From a virus (taxonomy: Duplodnaviria > Caudoviricetes): a stretch of 64,000 nt of DNA. Of the stretch, positions 40,701 through 50,151 are shown one piece after another. The translations under genes were made by a program, and so were the position numbers. Where the stretch lies: IMG/VR virus record IMGVR_UViG_3300043812_000026, one strand, 5' to 3'. How positions within the stretch are numbered: the stretch's first letter is position 1; every line of letters starts with the position of its first letter. The notes beneath the pieces were generated by a model. That model had not been told where the DNA came from and did no database searches. It worked only from the letters and a program-made list of their open reading frames with translations.

Positions 40701-42430
40701 GCTTAAACCTTTGATTGCTAAAATAAATAATTATTCTTATACGAAAAAACCTAAACATTATGGTGTTATAAGATATAATAATTTTATATGGTTAAAAATA
40801 AAGTCTATTGATTATTTAGGAAAAAGACCTATGTATGACTTAAAGACTTGTGACACTCATAGTTTTTTAGGTAACAATATTATTAGTCATAATACGTCTA
40901 CTTCTAGGCTCTCTAGTAGTAATTTTAATGCCCAGAATATTAAAAAGCCTACAAGTGACGTTTATGATCCTAATTATAATTATTCAGCTAAAGGACTATT
41001 TAAGTCAAGATTTAAGGGTGGATATATTTTTAATATTGATTATAAGTCACTAGAAATCTTTATTTCTTCTTTAATTGCTAAAGATATTGGTATGATGCAG
41101 GCTTTAATGGATGGTGCTGATATACATAAACGTAACGCTAGTTTAGCTTTTAACATTCCTGTTGATGAGGTAGATTCCGAACATAGATACCTTGCGAAAG
41201 CCGTAGACAAACTTGCGGCCATATTATAGTAATATAATTTGAAAAACATCCCCTAAACGGGCTTACCGTAATAAGGTGGTAAGAGAAGCTAAACCTTATA
41301 ATTTAAGTAGGGCAGGCTAATCCCGTACCAAGTTAAAACAGGTCTAACGACTATATAGGGAATATCCTAATAGGATAAAGATATAGTCTTAACTATAACG
41401 AAAGTTATTAGACAAAAATGAAGTTTTGGTTAATTACTAAAAGTAAGCCACTTTTAACAGTAATGTTAATTGAAAAATATCCCCTAAACGGGCTTACCGT
41501 AATAAGGTGGTAAGAGAAGCTAAACCTTATAATTTAAGTAGGGCAGGCTAATCCCGTACCAAGTTAAAACAGGTCTAACGACTATATAGGGAATATCCTA
41601 ATAGGATAAAGATATAGTCTAATCTACTTAGAAATAAGTAGTTAATATAATTGTTACTTTACGGAGAGTCTCCACAAGGACTTTCAGAGTCACGTGGATT
41701 AACTTTAGAAGAAGCTCAACAGGTTTATGATAAAGTGCTAAGTGCTATGCCACAAATGCAAAAGGCGATTGAGGTTACCGAAGACTTTGTAGAGCAACGG
41801 GGATATGTAGAGACGATTGCAGGACACGTAAGACGATTACCAGAAGCTACTCAGAGTTTAGATTATGGTAAGAAATCTCGTGCTATACGTCAGTCTTTTA
41901 ACGCAGTTGTTCAAGGTAGCGGAGCATATTGTACTAATACTGCTCTAATTATCATTCGCAATACGTTACGTAAATATGGGTTAAAGTCTCGTATTGCTAT
42001 TACGGTGCATGACTCGATCGTATTAGACGTACACCCAGATGAAATTAATATTGTCCCAGCAATGGCAAAGAAGATTATGGAACATTTACCTATTCAAGAT
42101 TTTATTCTTAACATAAATGATTTCCCTACTTTAAAAATTGCTGATAAGTATAAGATTAATGATACTCAATTCCGTTTCCCACTTTTCGGTGAAATTGCTT
42201 TTGGCAAGACTTATGGTGATGATCTTGACTTCGACTTTGATGATTACAAAGCTCTGGGGATTGATAGGTATTATCAATTTAGTATGGAATGTAAGTACAT
42301 TGAGGATAAGGCTAATACTGATTTAAGTAAGGAAGATGATAATGATAAGAAAGCTGAGATTGTTAAACAACGAGATCGGCAATTAGAGGAAATTAGAAAT
42401 AAATATTTTAAAAAGGTTGACAATAAATAA
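37731..42430 (+). CDS. polA: Family A DNA polymerase (join 37731-41204, 41421-41430, 41654-42430; one extra base near 38397; intein)
   Basis: Exo motifs DFET, HN..YD, YASAD; RLSS; motif A DYKSLE; reconstructed motif B KAVSFGLLYG; motif C VHDS; mature length about 1001 aa. Confidence 0.92.
39640..40893 (+). mobile_element. Intein with LAGLIDADG endonuclease (418 aa)
   Basis: G|CLDGDT ... TPNHP ... LGMYTADG ... YLKGLTLD ... YDL..ISHN|T. Confidence 0.93.
41205..41420 (+). mobile_element. ORF-less group I intron 1 in polA
   Basis: P1 GCCGU/GCGGC, P10 AAACUU/AAGUUU, P7 GACUA/UAGUC, terminal G. Confidence 0.9.
41431..41653 (+). mobile_element. ORF-less group I intron 2 in polA
   Basis: P1 UGGU/GCCA, P10 AAAGUAA/UUACUUU; core nearly identical to intron 1; terminal G. 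Confidence 0.9.
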
Positions 42431-42445
42431 TGTATGTTATATACT
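42417..42445 (+). promoter_or_regulatory. Near-consensus sigmaA promoter
   Basis: TTGACA-17 nt-TATACT. Confidence 0.8.
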
Positions 42446-42453
42446 ATACTTAT

Positions 42454-42594
42454 GGTTAGGGACTAGCCGTGGTAAGATAGCAAAGTTCTGTAAGTTAGGT
42501 ATTCAGAATACTGATGTAAGATCCTAAATACTACCTTGTGTTCCCAGAAACTTAGTCATTCATGACCGAGTAGTTCACTATAATAACTGTTGAC
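42454..42594 (+). ncRNA. Orphan TnpB omegaRNA (scaffold 42454-42578 plus guide)
   Basis: Shares TAGGGACTAGCC, AGTTCTGTAAGTTAGGT, TGTAAGATCCTAAATACTAC and GTGTTCCCAGAA with 28257-28403; ends GTTCAC; no tnpB or left end adjacent. Confidence 0.8.
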
Positions 42595-42852
42595 AGATAT
42601 GTTAACGAATCTGATTTTAACAAGTTGTACCTAGCATAAAGGCGTTCCTATTTTATTACAAGTTTAATATGGGATTATCTTACGTCCAGCTAGAAATTAC
42701 AGCTAATCGCATAAAACAGTTCCTATTTAAAATTGACTCGAAATCAACCTACAGTTTACTGTTAGCGATTAATGAAAGTTCCTTATAGCGGGTACATAGC
42801 GTGCACAGCCCGTTGTAGGGAACTTTTTACATACAAGAAAGGAAGTATAATA

Positions 42853-44946
42853 ATGAAAAACTTTTCATATGCTATGTTAAATTCAATTAATGACGTAACT
42901 ATTCGCTTATTTAAGGGAGTAGATATGGATATTCAGGGGGATAAGGTTTCCCGTTCTGCTACAGAAGTTCAAAAAATGGCTAGAAACGCTATGAGTTACG
43001 GGCTTATGTTTGATACTGAAATCCTAAAGTCTGTTTCCGTAATGGCATTAAAAGATATTTTCAATACAGCAAAAAAATATTACGGAATTAGTAATAGTAT
43101 GGTTAATTCAACCTTCTTCCAGACTTTAGATCAGAATATTAATACTCCTACTTATATGCGAATGTATATGCAGGCTCTTAACTACTTGCAAACATATGGT
43201 GGAGTTAATGTAACTAGTCACGAAACTGTTCAGTTTGGCTCTAATCGGCAATTAGACGATAGTATTAAATTAGATTTACAACAAAACTTTACAGTCATTT
43301 CTGCTTTTACAACCGAAGAATTAAATCAAAAGGTTCAGTCTTTACTTTACAGTGGTATGGCTTTAGAATCTAAAGCTGTTGAGGATTTAATTTACTTAAT
43401 TAGTAAACTGAATCTAAAAATTGAAATTAGTAAAGTTAAGAACCGTGAAGCTATGATTAAGCTTAGCAAGGAGTTAGAGCTTTATCCAGCAAATCCAGAT
43501 ATGTTTATGAATTACATTTACAGTTTAGTTACTGGTGATACAATGCTGGTAAAGAACGATCAAGCTTACCTTAAATTTAATGATATGCTCCTTGATTCTA
43601 ATTCTACTAATGACTTTGTTTATTCATTAATGCACGAATATGACAGTAACCATTCAACGCCTTCACTAAGATCATTAGTTAATCGTTACCACAAGATGTT
43701 CTTAATCCTACGTAAGAATGCTCCTTCAAGAGAAGAAAGACGTTTCTACAATCGTATCATGCGTCAAGGTAAGAATACTAAGAAAAATTACCGTCAAAAA
43801 GGTATTTTAGATCAGTTGCCAGAATACATTAAAGGTGAAGTATCTTTTACTGAAAAGCAGATTTTAGGTGCTTTATCTAATGCTAGTACCTATAAATTAG
43901 CTCGTATTTATACTTATCTAGTTAACCTAAATAAGAAAGATAAGAATGGATCGCTATATCGAATCCGTAACGGTAAGTCTTATTATGTATCTGGTAAGGA
44001 AGACCTCGATGATATTTTTAACTCATTTATCTCCTTTAAGAATGTTGCTGATAATAAAGTGATTAAGGATTTAGTTTCTAAGATTGTAGATGAGCTTCTC
44101 CAGCGGGGACAAAATGCTTTTGCTGATAACGATAATAAAACTGTTTACTATATTCCGGGTGGGCTATATTATAGCATTCCTACCTCTGGTAAGCAGTTTA
44201 CTGGTAATATTCCAGATTACACTAGCTTTGACTTCCAATTGACTGGTGACGAACGACTTGGTGTAGGTATCCACTGGGACAAGCAAGCAGATCTCGACTT
44301 ACACGCTGTTACCTTAGATGGTGATACCTTTGGTTGGAATACTGATTGGTTGGACGATGATAGTAAGGTTGTCTATTCTGGTGATATGACACGTTTAGAT
44401 GATAGTGGAAATGCTAGTGAAATTATGTCCCTTTCTAAGGACTTAGATAAACCAGTCTTATTATCTGTATCTCCATACTATGTTGACGGGGGCTACAAAG
44501 ATTTCAACTTTGACTTATTTGTAACTCGTTTTAATCAAGGAAAACTTAGTTCAGATTTAAACTCAACGCCTGAGGTTTATGTTAAAAGTATCTCCAAAGA
44601 TGCTTTTAACATTAATAAGTTATCCTTTAAGAATCAAAGTACCATGACTCTAGGGGTGATTATTCCTCGTGGGGACGGAAAATTTAGCTTTGTAATTACT
44701 AATTTTAATTTCGGTGCAGTACACGTCCCAAACCAAGATCAGAATAAGCAATTATTAAGCTACCTCAATGATTATACTGAAAATGTTCCGCTCTTAAATA
44801 ATATTCTCGGTGGTAAGTTAGTTGATGATAAAGACTTATTACCACACTACACAGAACAAGGTTACAAGGTAGTGGACTTATCGCCAGCCAATGTAACTGT
44901 TGATACTTTCACTGATTTAATTGATGAGTTAGATGAAAACAAATAG
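42853..44946 (+). CDS. Large conserved phage protein with TerD-like C-terminal motif
   Basis: GIHW..DLDLHA..GWN..YSGDMT; RBS AAAGGAAG supports ATG 42853 rather than 42772. Confidence 0.7.
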   Translation: MKNFSYAMLNSINDVTIRLFKGVDMDIQGDKVSRSATEVQKMARNAMSYGLMFDTEILKSVSVMALKDIFNTAKKYYGISNSMVNSTFFQTLDQNINTPTYMRMYMQALNYLQTYGGVNVTSHETVQFGSNRQLDDSIKLDLQQNFTVISAFTTEELNQKVQSLLYSGMALESKAVEDLIYLISKLNLKIEISKVKNREAMIKLSKELELYPANPDMFMNYIYSLVTGDTMLVKNDQAYLKFNDMLLDSNSTNDFVYSLMHEYDSNHSTPSLRSLVNRYHKMFLILRKNAPSREERRFYNRIMRQGKNTKKNYRQKGILDQLPEYIKGEVSFTEKQILGALSNASTYKLARIYTYLVNLNKKDKNGSLYRIRNGKSYYVSGKEDLDDIFNSFISFKNVADNKVIKDLVSKIVDELLQRGQNAFADNDNKTVYYIPGGLYYSIPTSGKQFTGNIPDYTSFDFQLTGDERLGVGIHWDKQADLDLHAVTLDGDTFGWNTDWLDDDSKVVYSGDMTRLDDSGNASEIMSLSKDLDKPVLLSVSPYYVDGGYKDFNFDLFVTRFNQGKLSSDLNSTPEVYVKSISKDAFNINKLSFKNQSTMTLGVIIPRGDGKFSFVITNFNFGAVHVPNQDQNKQLLSYLNDYTENVPLLNNILGGKLVDDKDLLPHYTEQGYKVVDLSPANVTVDTFTDLIDELDENK

Positions 44947-44956
44947 TTAATTAATA

Positions 44957-44980
44957 AGAGACTTTTAGGTCTCTTTTTAT
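44957..44980 (+). terminator. Intrinsic terminator
   Basis: AAGAGAC-TTTTAG-GTCTCTT followed by a T run. Confidence 0.75.
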
Positions 44981-45001
44981 TTTTAATTTTTTGTACAAAA
45001 G

Positions 45002-45060
45002 TAGTTGAAAATTCAACTAAAAGTGTTATACTTATAATTGAAATAAGGAAAGGAAGGGAT
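45002..45060 (+). promoter_or_regulatory. Promoter with palindromic operator (duplicated at 49659-49713)
   Basis: TAGTTGAA-AA-TTCAACTA over the -35; TGTTATACT extended -10; AAGGAAAGGAAG leader. Confidence 0.7.
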
Positions 45061-45063
45061 AAG

Positions 45064-45612
45064 ATGAGTTTATATGGTAATTATGTTCCAGAAAACATCG
45101 AAATGACTTATAGTAAATTCCAAGAACTAGAAGGTAAGCAAAAAGCTCTACAAGAAGAATACGAAGATAAAGCTAAGTTTATGATGAGTGACTATAATTT
45201 ATATGATCCTAATATCAAAACTCTGGTAACTGGTTATTCTTTAGGTGAAGTTATTTTTAGTACTTGGGAACATGATTTATATGATGATGTTACTAGTATC
45301 TTTTATGACCTAGTTGCAAGTGTTGAAAAAGCAATTTATATGAAAAAAGGTAAAAAAGTTGCTAATGATACTGATCTTGTCGGTAACTTTGTAAAATGTT
45401 TTAGTAAGTCTTACGATAATGACTTGGCTAAATCTGATGCTGAAGAATTTTGCTTCGGTCTTGATGATTGGGTTGAAGAATTAAAGATTGAACATGATAG
45501 TCAATATTTCTATGTTCCAGACCCCCTGCTTCTCTTACAGAATACAGACAATAATGACATAAAAGGGCTTGCCGAAATTATTTATGAAGGCGGGGTTAAG
45601 AAAGTATGCTGA
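45064..45612 (+). CDS. Hypothetical protein
   Basis: ORF with strong RBS. Confidence 0.8.
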   Translation: MSLYGNYVPENIEMTYSKFQELEGKQKALQEEYEDKAKFMMSDYNLYDPNIKTLVTGYSLGEVIFSTWEHDLYDDVTSIFYDLVASVEKAIYMKKGKKVANDTDLVGNFVKCFSKSYDNDLAKSDAEEFCFGLDDWVEELKIEHDSQYFYVPDPLLLLQNTDNNDIKGLAEIIYEGGVKKVC

Positions 45613-45860
45613 GTTTACAGACGGTTAAATTAGTTAAGGTATTAAAGGAACGTCCTTTACCAGAAAAGATTGCTAAAGAACTTGAAAGTTTAAAACTAAA
45701 CCCTAACAATTATGTGTTTGTTGACTATGATGTTACTTGTCCTATTGGTCATCGTCATTATACAGATCGTATCTGTCTTAAAGACGAATGGGAAGTTCTT
45801 AAATCAACTGGTTATGAATTAGAGTATGTAGATTACGACAAGATTATCCCTAATGGCTAA
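45606..45860 (+). CDS. Hypothetical protein
   Basis: Coupled ORF. Confidence 0.7.
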   Translation: MLSLQTVKLVKVLKERPLPEKIAKELESLKLNPNNYVFVDYDVTCPIGHRHYTDRICLKDEWEVLKSTGYELEYVDYDKIIPNG

Positions 45861-45933
45861 AAATTGTGCTAGCGTTTTTGTGATTTGTTGGTAAATTTTG
45901 TTTAATGAATTTAGAAGTTAAAGGACTGTTATA

Positions 45934-46530
45934 ATGTTTAAAGTATATTTTAATTATGGTTGTATGAAATCTGGTAAAACCGCTGATTTATTAATTACAG
46001 CACATAATAATAGAGAGAAAGGCGTACCTGTTTATATCCTTTCTCCTAAAATTGATAATCGTAATGGTGAGGGTGTAGTTTCTACTCGAATTGGTATCTC
46101 AGCTAAGGCTGATTTTATCTTGGATAAGTATGATAAAGAATTACATGACTTTCTTATCAAAGTTTATAATGAAGACGGAATGATTATTATTGACGAATGC
46201 CAATTTGTTGATCCACTTACGGTTCATTCAATGTGTAAGTATTGTCGGGATTTAGATTTTAGTAATACAAGCCAAAAGACTAATTTTAGTATTATTGCTT
46301 ATGGTCTTCTAACTGATTATCGTTCTAGCTTATTTGACGGAACTATTGCTTGGCTAGACGAAGCAGATTCAATTAATAAGATTAAATTTAGCTGTGCTTA
46401 TTGTTCCAGACAGGCTACTCGTAATCTGCTAACTAATAAAGTAGATCAAGATGGTAATGTTTTAATCGGTGATAGTGAATATAAGCCTGTCTGTTCTTAT
46501 CACTATTGGAAGTATAATAATAATTTTTAG
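45934..46530 (+). CDS. tdk: Thymidine kinase
   Basis: GCMKSGKT, IDECQF, YGLLTDY, C..C and Y.PVC..H. Confidence 0.93.
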   Translation: MFKVYFNYGCMKSGKTADLLITAHNNREKGVPVYILSPKIDNRNGEGVVSTRIGISAKADFILDKYDKELHDFLIKVYNEDGMIIIDECQFVDPLTVHSMCKYCRDLDFSNTSQKTNFSIIAYGLLTDYRSSLFDGTIAWLDEADSINKIKFSCAYCSRQATRNLLTNKVDQDGNVLIGDSEYKPVCSYHYWKYNNNF

Positions 46531-46550
46531 CTAATATGGAGTGGGAGTAA

Positions 46551-46703
46551 ATGAATAAGTATATTGGAATAGGTTTGTTGATTGCGTTTTTAGTAGTTCT
46601 AAAACTATTTTCAGTAGCGATTGCTAGTGCAATTACAATTACATTAATTTTAGGAGTTGCACTAGTTTGTGATTTGTTAGAAAGGAATAATTTAGATGAA
46701 TGA
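46551..46703 (+). CDS. Small membrane protein (not in ORF track)
   Basis: GGAG RBS; 50 aa, hydrophobic. Confidence 0.6.
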   Translation: MNKYIGIGLLIAFLVVLKLFSVAIASAITITLILGVALVCDLLERNNLDE

Positions 46704-46884
46704 TTTAGAAAAAGCTTATTGGTTAGTATTTGATAGTGGACTTACGCCTTATGAATTGTCAAAGAAGTTAGGTGTATCTACTACTTTAGTTTATCGTTGG
46801 CAAAAGGATAGTGATACCCTACGCCGTATTCAGCGAAAAACCTTAGATAAGTTGGTAAGTGTTTATGACTCGATTAAAAAATAA
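46696..46884 (+). CDS. Small HTH protein
   Basis: LTPYELSKKLGVSTTLVYRW. Confidence 0.8.
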   Translation: MNDLEKAYWLVFDSGLTPYELSKKLGVSTTLVYRWQKDSDTLRRIQRKTLDKLVSVYDSIKK

Positions 46885-47015
46885 AAAGTTTAGTTTTAAT
46901 AAAGTGGTAGCAGGATTAACCTTGGTTGAAGTCTTGCTGTTTTTAACCTACTTCGATTGGTTCTTGTATTTGTTTCCTATATGGATAATTTTAGGCAGTT
47001 GGTGGGTGATGAAAA

Positions 47016-47537
47016 ATGTCTGATAGTACAAAAGAAGTTTTAGATACCTTGGATCGAGCGTACGTTAATGAGTTTATAAAACATCACATTCTATATAAGA
47101 AGATAGATGATTATAATTACCTGCTAATGCACCAAGGAAAGTTCTGCTATTTGTTCTGTACAGGTATTGCTCGTCCATTTTTAGCTTATTATCCCTTGTT
47201 AAAAAAATTTAATTCTGATATTTTCAATAATGTTTTAAAACAGATTATTACTAAAGTTTCTAATTCAAATACTAAAGAATACGGTTTTAGTACTATACTT
47301 AGTAGTTCTAAGTATCCAAACTACGGAGACGTAATTGGAGATCTTAATTTCTATCAAGGTAGGTGTAAAAATTATGAAAATACGATTCATAAGAATAAAT
47401 GTGCCTATCACTGTAGAATTAAAAATGGGTATCTTGATGAGTCTAATCGTATTTTGTTAGATAGAATTAGACTGTCATTGTTAGGTTATAAGAATTTTAA
47501 GAAAATGCGACAAAAGGTCTATGGTGATTTATTATGA
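47016..47537 (+). CDS. Hypothetical protein
   Basis: ORF with RBS. Confidence 0.7.
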   Translation: MSDSTKEVLDTLDRAYVNEFIKHHILYKKIDDYNYLLMHQGKFCYLFCTGIARPFLAYYPLLKKFNSDIFNNVLKQIITKVSNSNTKEYGFSTILSSSKYPNYGDVIGDLNFYQGRCKNYENTIHKNKCAYHCRIKNGYLDESNRILLDRIRLSLLGYKNFKKMRQKVYGDLL

Positions 47538-47710
47538 AAAGGTTTTTAAGTGCTTGTGGTGTTATCTTAGGTGTTGTAGCAATTGGTGTTTGCTATACTC
47601 TGTATCTCTATTTAATTTTCTCTGTTTTAACTGGTTTGATTAGCGTGGTTGTAGCTCTTATTCCAGCTATCCTAGTTTTAATATTCTTGGCGGTGCATTC
47701 CATTGACTAA
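47534..47710 (+). CDS. Small membrane protein (not in ORF track)
   Basis: ATGA overlap; 58 aa, hydrophobic. Confidence 0.6.
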   Translation: MKRFLSACGVILGVVAIGVCYTLYLYLIFSVLTGLISVVVALIPAILVLIFLAVHSID

Positions 47711-47960
47711 AAGTAAAATTGTATATACCTTAGAGGATAATTATAAGTTAATCTTAATCCGTGATACCATTGAAGACGACGCTGTATTTTATATTACAGG
47801 TATAAGTAGTACTATTCATTTGCGTCAATTACCTAAAACTGACTTGCATACATTAATAAAATCAATTACTGATGACTTGCCTGCTTGGATTCATGCGGTT
47901 TATATTGATAGAATGTTAATGTGGTGGAAGTATGATCAGATAAAACCAATAACAATATAA
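47703..47960 (+). CDS. Hypothetical protein
   Basis: Coupled ORF. Confidence 0.65.
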   Translation: MTKSKIVYTLEDNYKLILIRDTIEDDAVFYITGISSTIHLRQLPKTDLHTLIKSITDDLPAWIHAVYIDRMLMWWKYDQIKPITI

Positions 47961-47973
47961 AGGAGGCTTTTTA

Positions 47974-48546
47974 TTGGTTTACTTTATCTCACCTTATATT
48001 ACTGCTGTTAGAGCGAAAAAATATAAGCGTAATGTGTTGCAACAAATTAATCACACCTATACTGCAACCCGTTATTTAATTTATATTCCGGTTTTTATTG
48101 CTGGTTTAATTCCTAATGACTTAAATAATCCTAAACAGTACTTTTACTATGTAGGGGCAATGGTTCTTGTTTGCTTGTTAGCTTACTTATGTATTCGTTT
48201 GATTGCTTACTATTTTAAGTATTCGGTTAATAGAACTTCAATTGGCTTGCTTGATTATGTGATCTTGTATGAGACCAAAGAAGACCTGCCTTTAGACACA
48301 GTTAATCCATTGATTCCAACTTTTGAATATAATCGTACTCACCCTAAGAATAAGGTCTATTTTGGTGGCTATACCTTAGAGGAATTCCGAAAGGCTATGC
48401 AGGAGGTTTATGAAGCTAAAAACGATCGGCGATATGGAGAAGATACTCACCGTTATTTAGCTTTACTATTCCATGATATGGAAGATTATTATATCCATAC
48501 TTTGTCTGACCCCGCAGTAGAGCAAGAGGTGATTAAACATGACTAA
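47974..48546 (+). CDS. Membrane protein
   Basis: AAGGAGG RBS; two hydrophobic segments. Confidence 0.75.
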   Translation: MVYFISPYITAVRAKKYKRNVLQQINHTYTATRYLIYIPVFIAGLIPNDLNNPKQYFYYVGAMVLVCLLAYLCIRLIAYYFKYSVNRTSIGLLDYVILYETKEDLPLDTVNPLIPTFEYNRTHPKNKVYFGGYTLEEFRKAMQEVYEAKNDRRYGEDTHRYLALLFHDMEDYYIHTLSDPAVEQEVIKHD

Positions 48547-49024
48547 TGATAATGATAAATTAGATAAGGTAGAAAAAGCTTTAGACAAAATACGTGACTC
48601 CTTTCTGTTTCCTCGCCCAGAACTGAACAGCACTTTGGAAAAGAATACTAGAAATCTACTTGATGTTAGCTATTCACTTCTCTATTCGGCAAAGGAACAG
48701 CAATCTGAAATTGAAAAATTAAAAGAAGACTTAGCACGAAATAGTATATCAGACGAAGATCAAGTAGTTATCTGGGTTGATAATAAATATTATCTAATTA
48801 TGAAATTGTTATACAATAATGTATCATTTGCATTGTCAAAGCCTCATTGTAATTGTGTTGGTTGTTATTCCTATGGGGATGCTAAGTTTGTTTTAGATGG
48901 TAGTGATTATCATTCTTTACACCTTTTAGAGGATCATAATGTTGAGCTTATCCCGATAAAAGATTTTAACAAAAAACTAGAAACTAGTTATAGTTTCGTG
49001 GGGTTAGATTTTCATGAAGAATAA
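48539..49024 (+). CDS. Hypothetical protein
   Basis: GAGGTG RBS. Confidence 0.75.
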   Translation: MTNDNDKLDKVEKALDKIRDSFLFPRPELNSTLEKNTRNLLDVSYSLLYSAKEQQSEIEKLKEDLARNSISDEDQVVIWVDNKYYLIMKLLYNNVSFALSKPHCNCVGCYSYGDAKFVLDGSDYHSLHLLEDHNVELIPIKDFNKKLETSYSFVGLDFHEE

Positions 49025-49610
49025 ATGGATTGTAATTTATTTTATTTTAGGCATTTTAGGGTTAGCTCTATTATTATTATTGGTTATCCCAGTTAATATT
49101 AAAACTGTTCGTACGCAGACTATTAATGTTTCAGACTCTCCACAAGTTAAAGTGGATCATATTAATGCAACGGTTGATTATTATGGAATGCCTAGCGATT
49201 GGGCTGATCCAGATTCTAGCGTTGACTGGGATTCTCTGTATAGTTTTGAAGCTGATCTAATGGATAGTTCTGACAATTATTTAACAGAAGGTGATAGGGT
49301 AGTGGATGAGTCTGTAATTAGAACTCTTAATGCAGTACCAGCTTATAACTATTATTCCCATACTAAGCACAGTTATCAAAAGGTTACACATCGTGTTACT
49401 AATATTTATGGTTTGCATTGGAATTACAGTTCTGATAATGATCATGATACATCTAAAATTGTACAGTCTAATGATAAATCTTATATCCCTATCTATTTAG
49501 ATATTGATTGTCACTATAAACAAGGTAAGTATTCCCGTTCTAGGGATCTGCACTATAAGCTTGTGCCTAATGGGGATAAGTATGCAATGGTTAGTGGTGC
49601 TGATGATTAA
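49014..49610 (+). CDS. Membrane-anchored exported protein
   Basis: N-terminal TM segment. Confidence 0.75.
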   Translation: MKNKWIVIYFILGILGLALLLLLVIPVNIKTVRTQTINVSDSPQVKVDHINATVDYYGMPSDWADPDSSVDWDSLYSFEADLMDSSDNYLTEGDRVVDESVIRTLNAVPAYNYYSHTKHSYQKVTHRVTNIYGLHWNYSSDNDHDTSKIVQSNDKSYIPIYLDIDCHYKQGKYSRSRDLHYKLVPNGDKYAMVSGADD

Positions 49611-49721
49611 ACTAAAGTCCTTTATAGGGCTTTTTATTTTTATCTTTTTACACAAAAATAGTTGAATATTTAACTAAAAGTGTTATACTTATAATTGAAA
49701 TAAGGAAAGGAAGTTGTAAGG

Positions 49722-49877
49722 ATGGTTTTATACTTAGTTTACATTGCTCTTTGTTTTGCCTTTCTATGGGGCATTACTCAAGCATTCCCATATTTTAAGC
49801 TTTTCATCTACTTAGGTGGGTGGATATTCTGTACTGTTGTCTATTTATTTTTGGTACTATATAATCCGGGGTGTTAA
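49722..49877 (+). CDS. Small membrane protein (not in ORF track)
   Basis: Follows the duplicated promoter and AAGGAAAGGAAG leader; hydrophobic. Confidence 0.6.
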   Translation: MVLYLVYIALCFAFLWGITQAFPYFKLFIYLGGWIFCTVVYLFLVLYNPGC

Positions 49878-50151
49878 TAATGGTAATTCTATTAATTTTG
49901 CTTTTAATGACTACGTTTGATTTAATAACTTTGTTGGTTGTCAATAACATTAAGCATGGAGTGAGGTAACTGTTAATAAAAATGCAGAGCTATAAGAATG
50001 ATATAGAAACATATGCTATAGGTAAATCGTAGAAAGAATAAATGTAGGCGATTTATCAAGGATAATTGAATGAAACTAACTGAAAAATAGAAGAATTGTA
50101 AGTATTGTCATTATCCCTGGAAGAAAATCATTGTAGAGAGGTGGTAGAATA

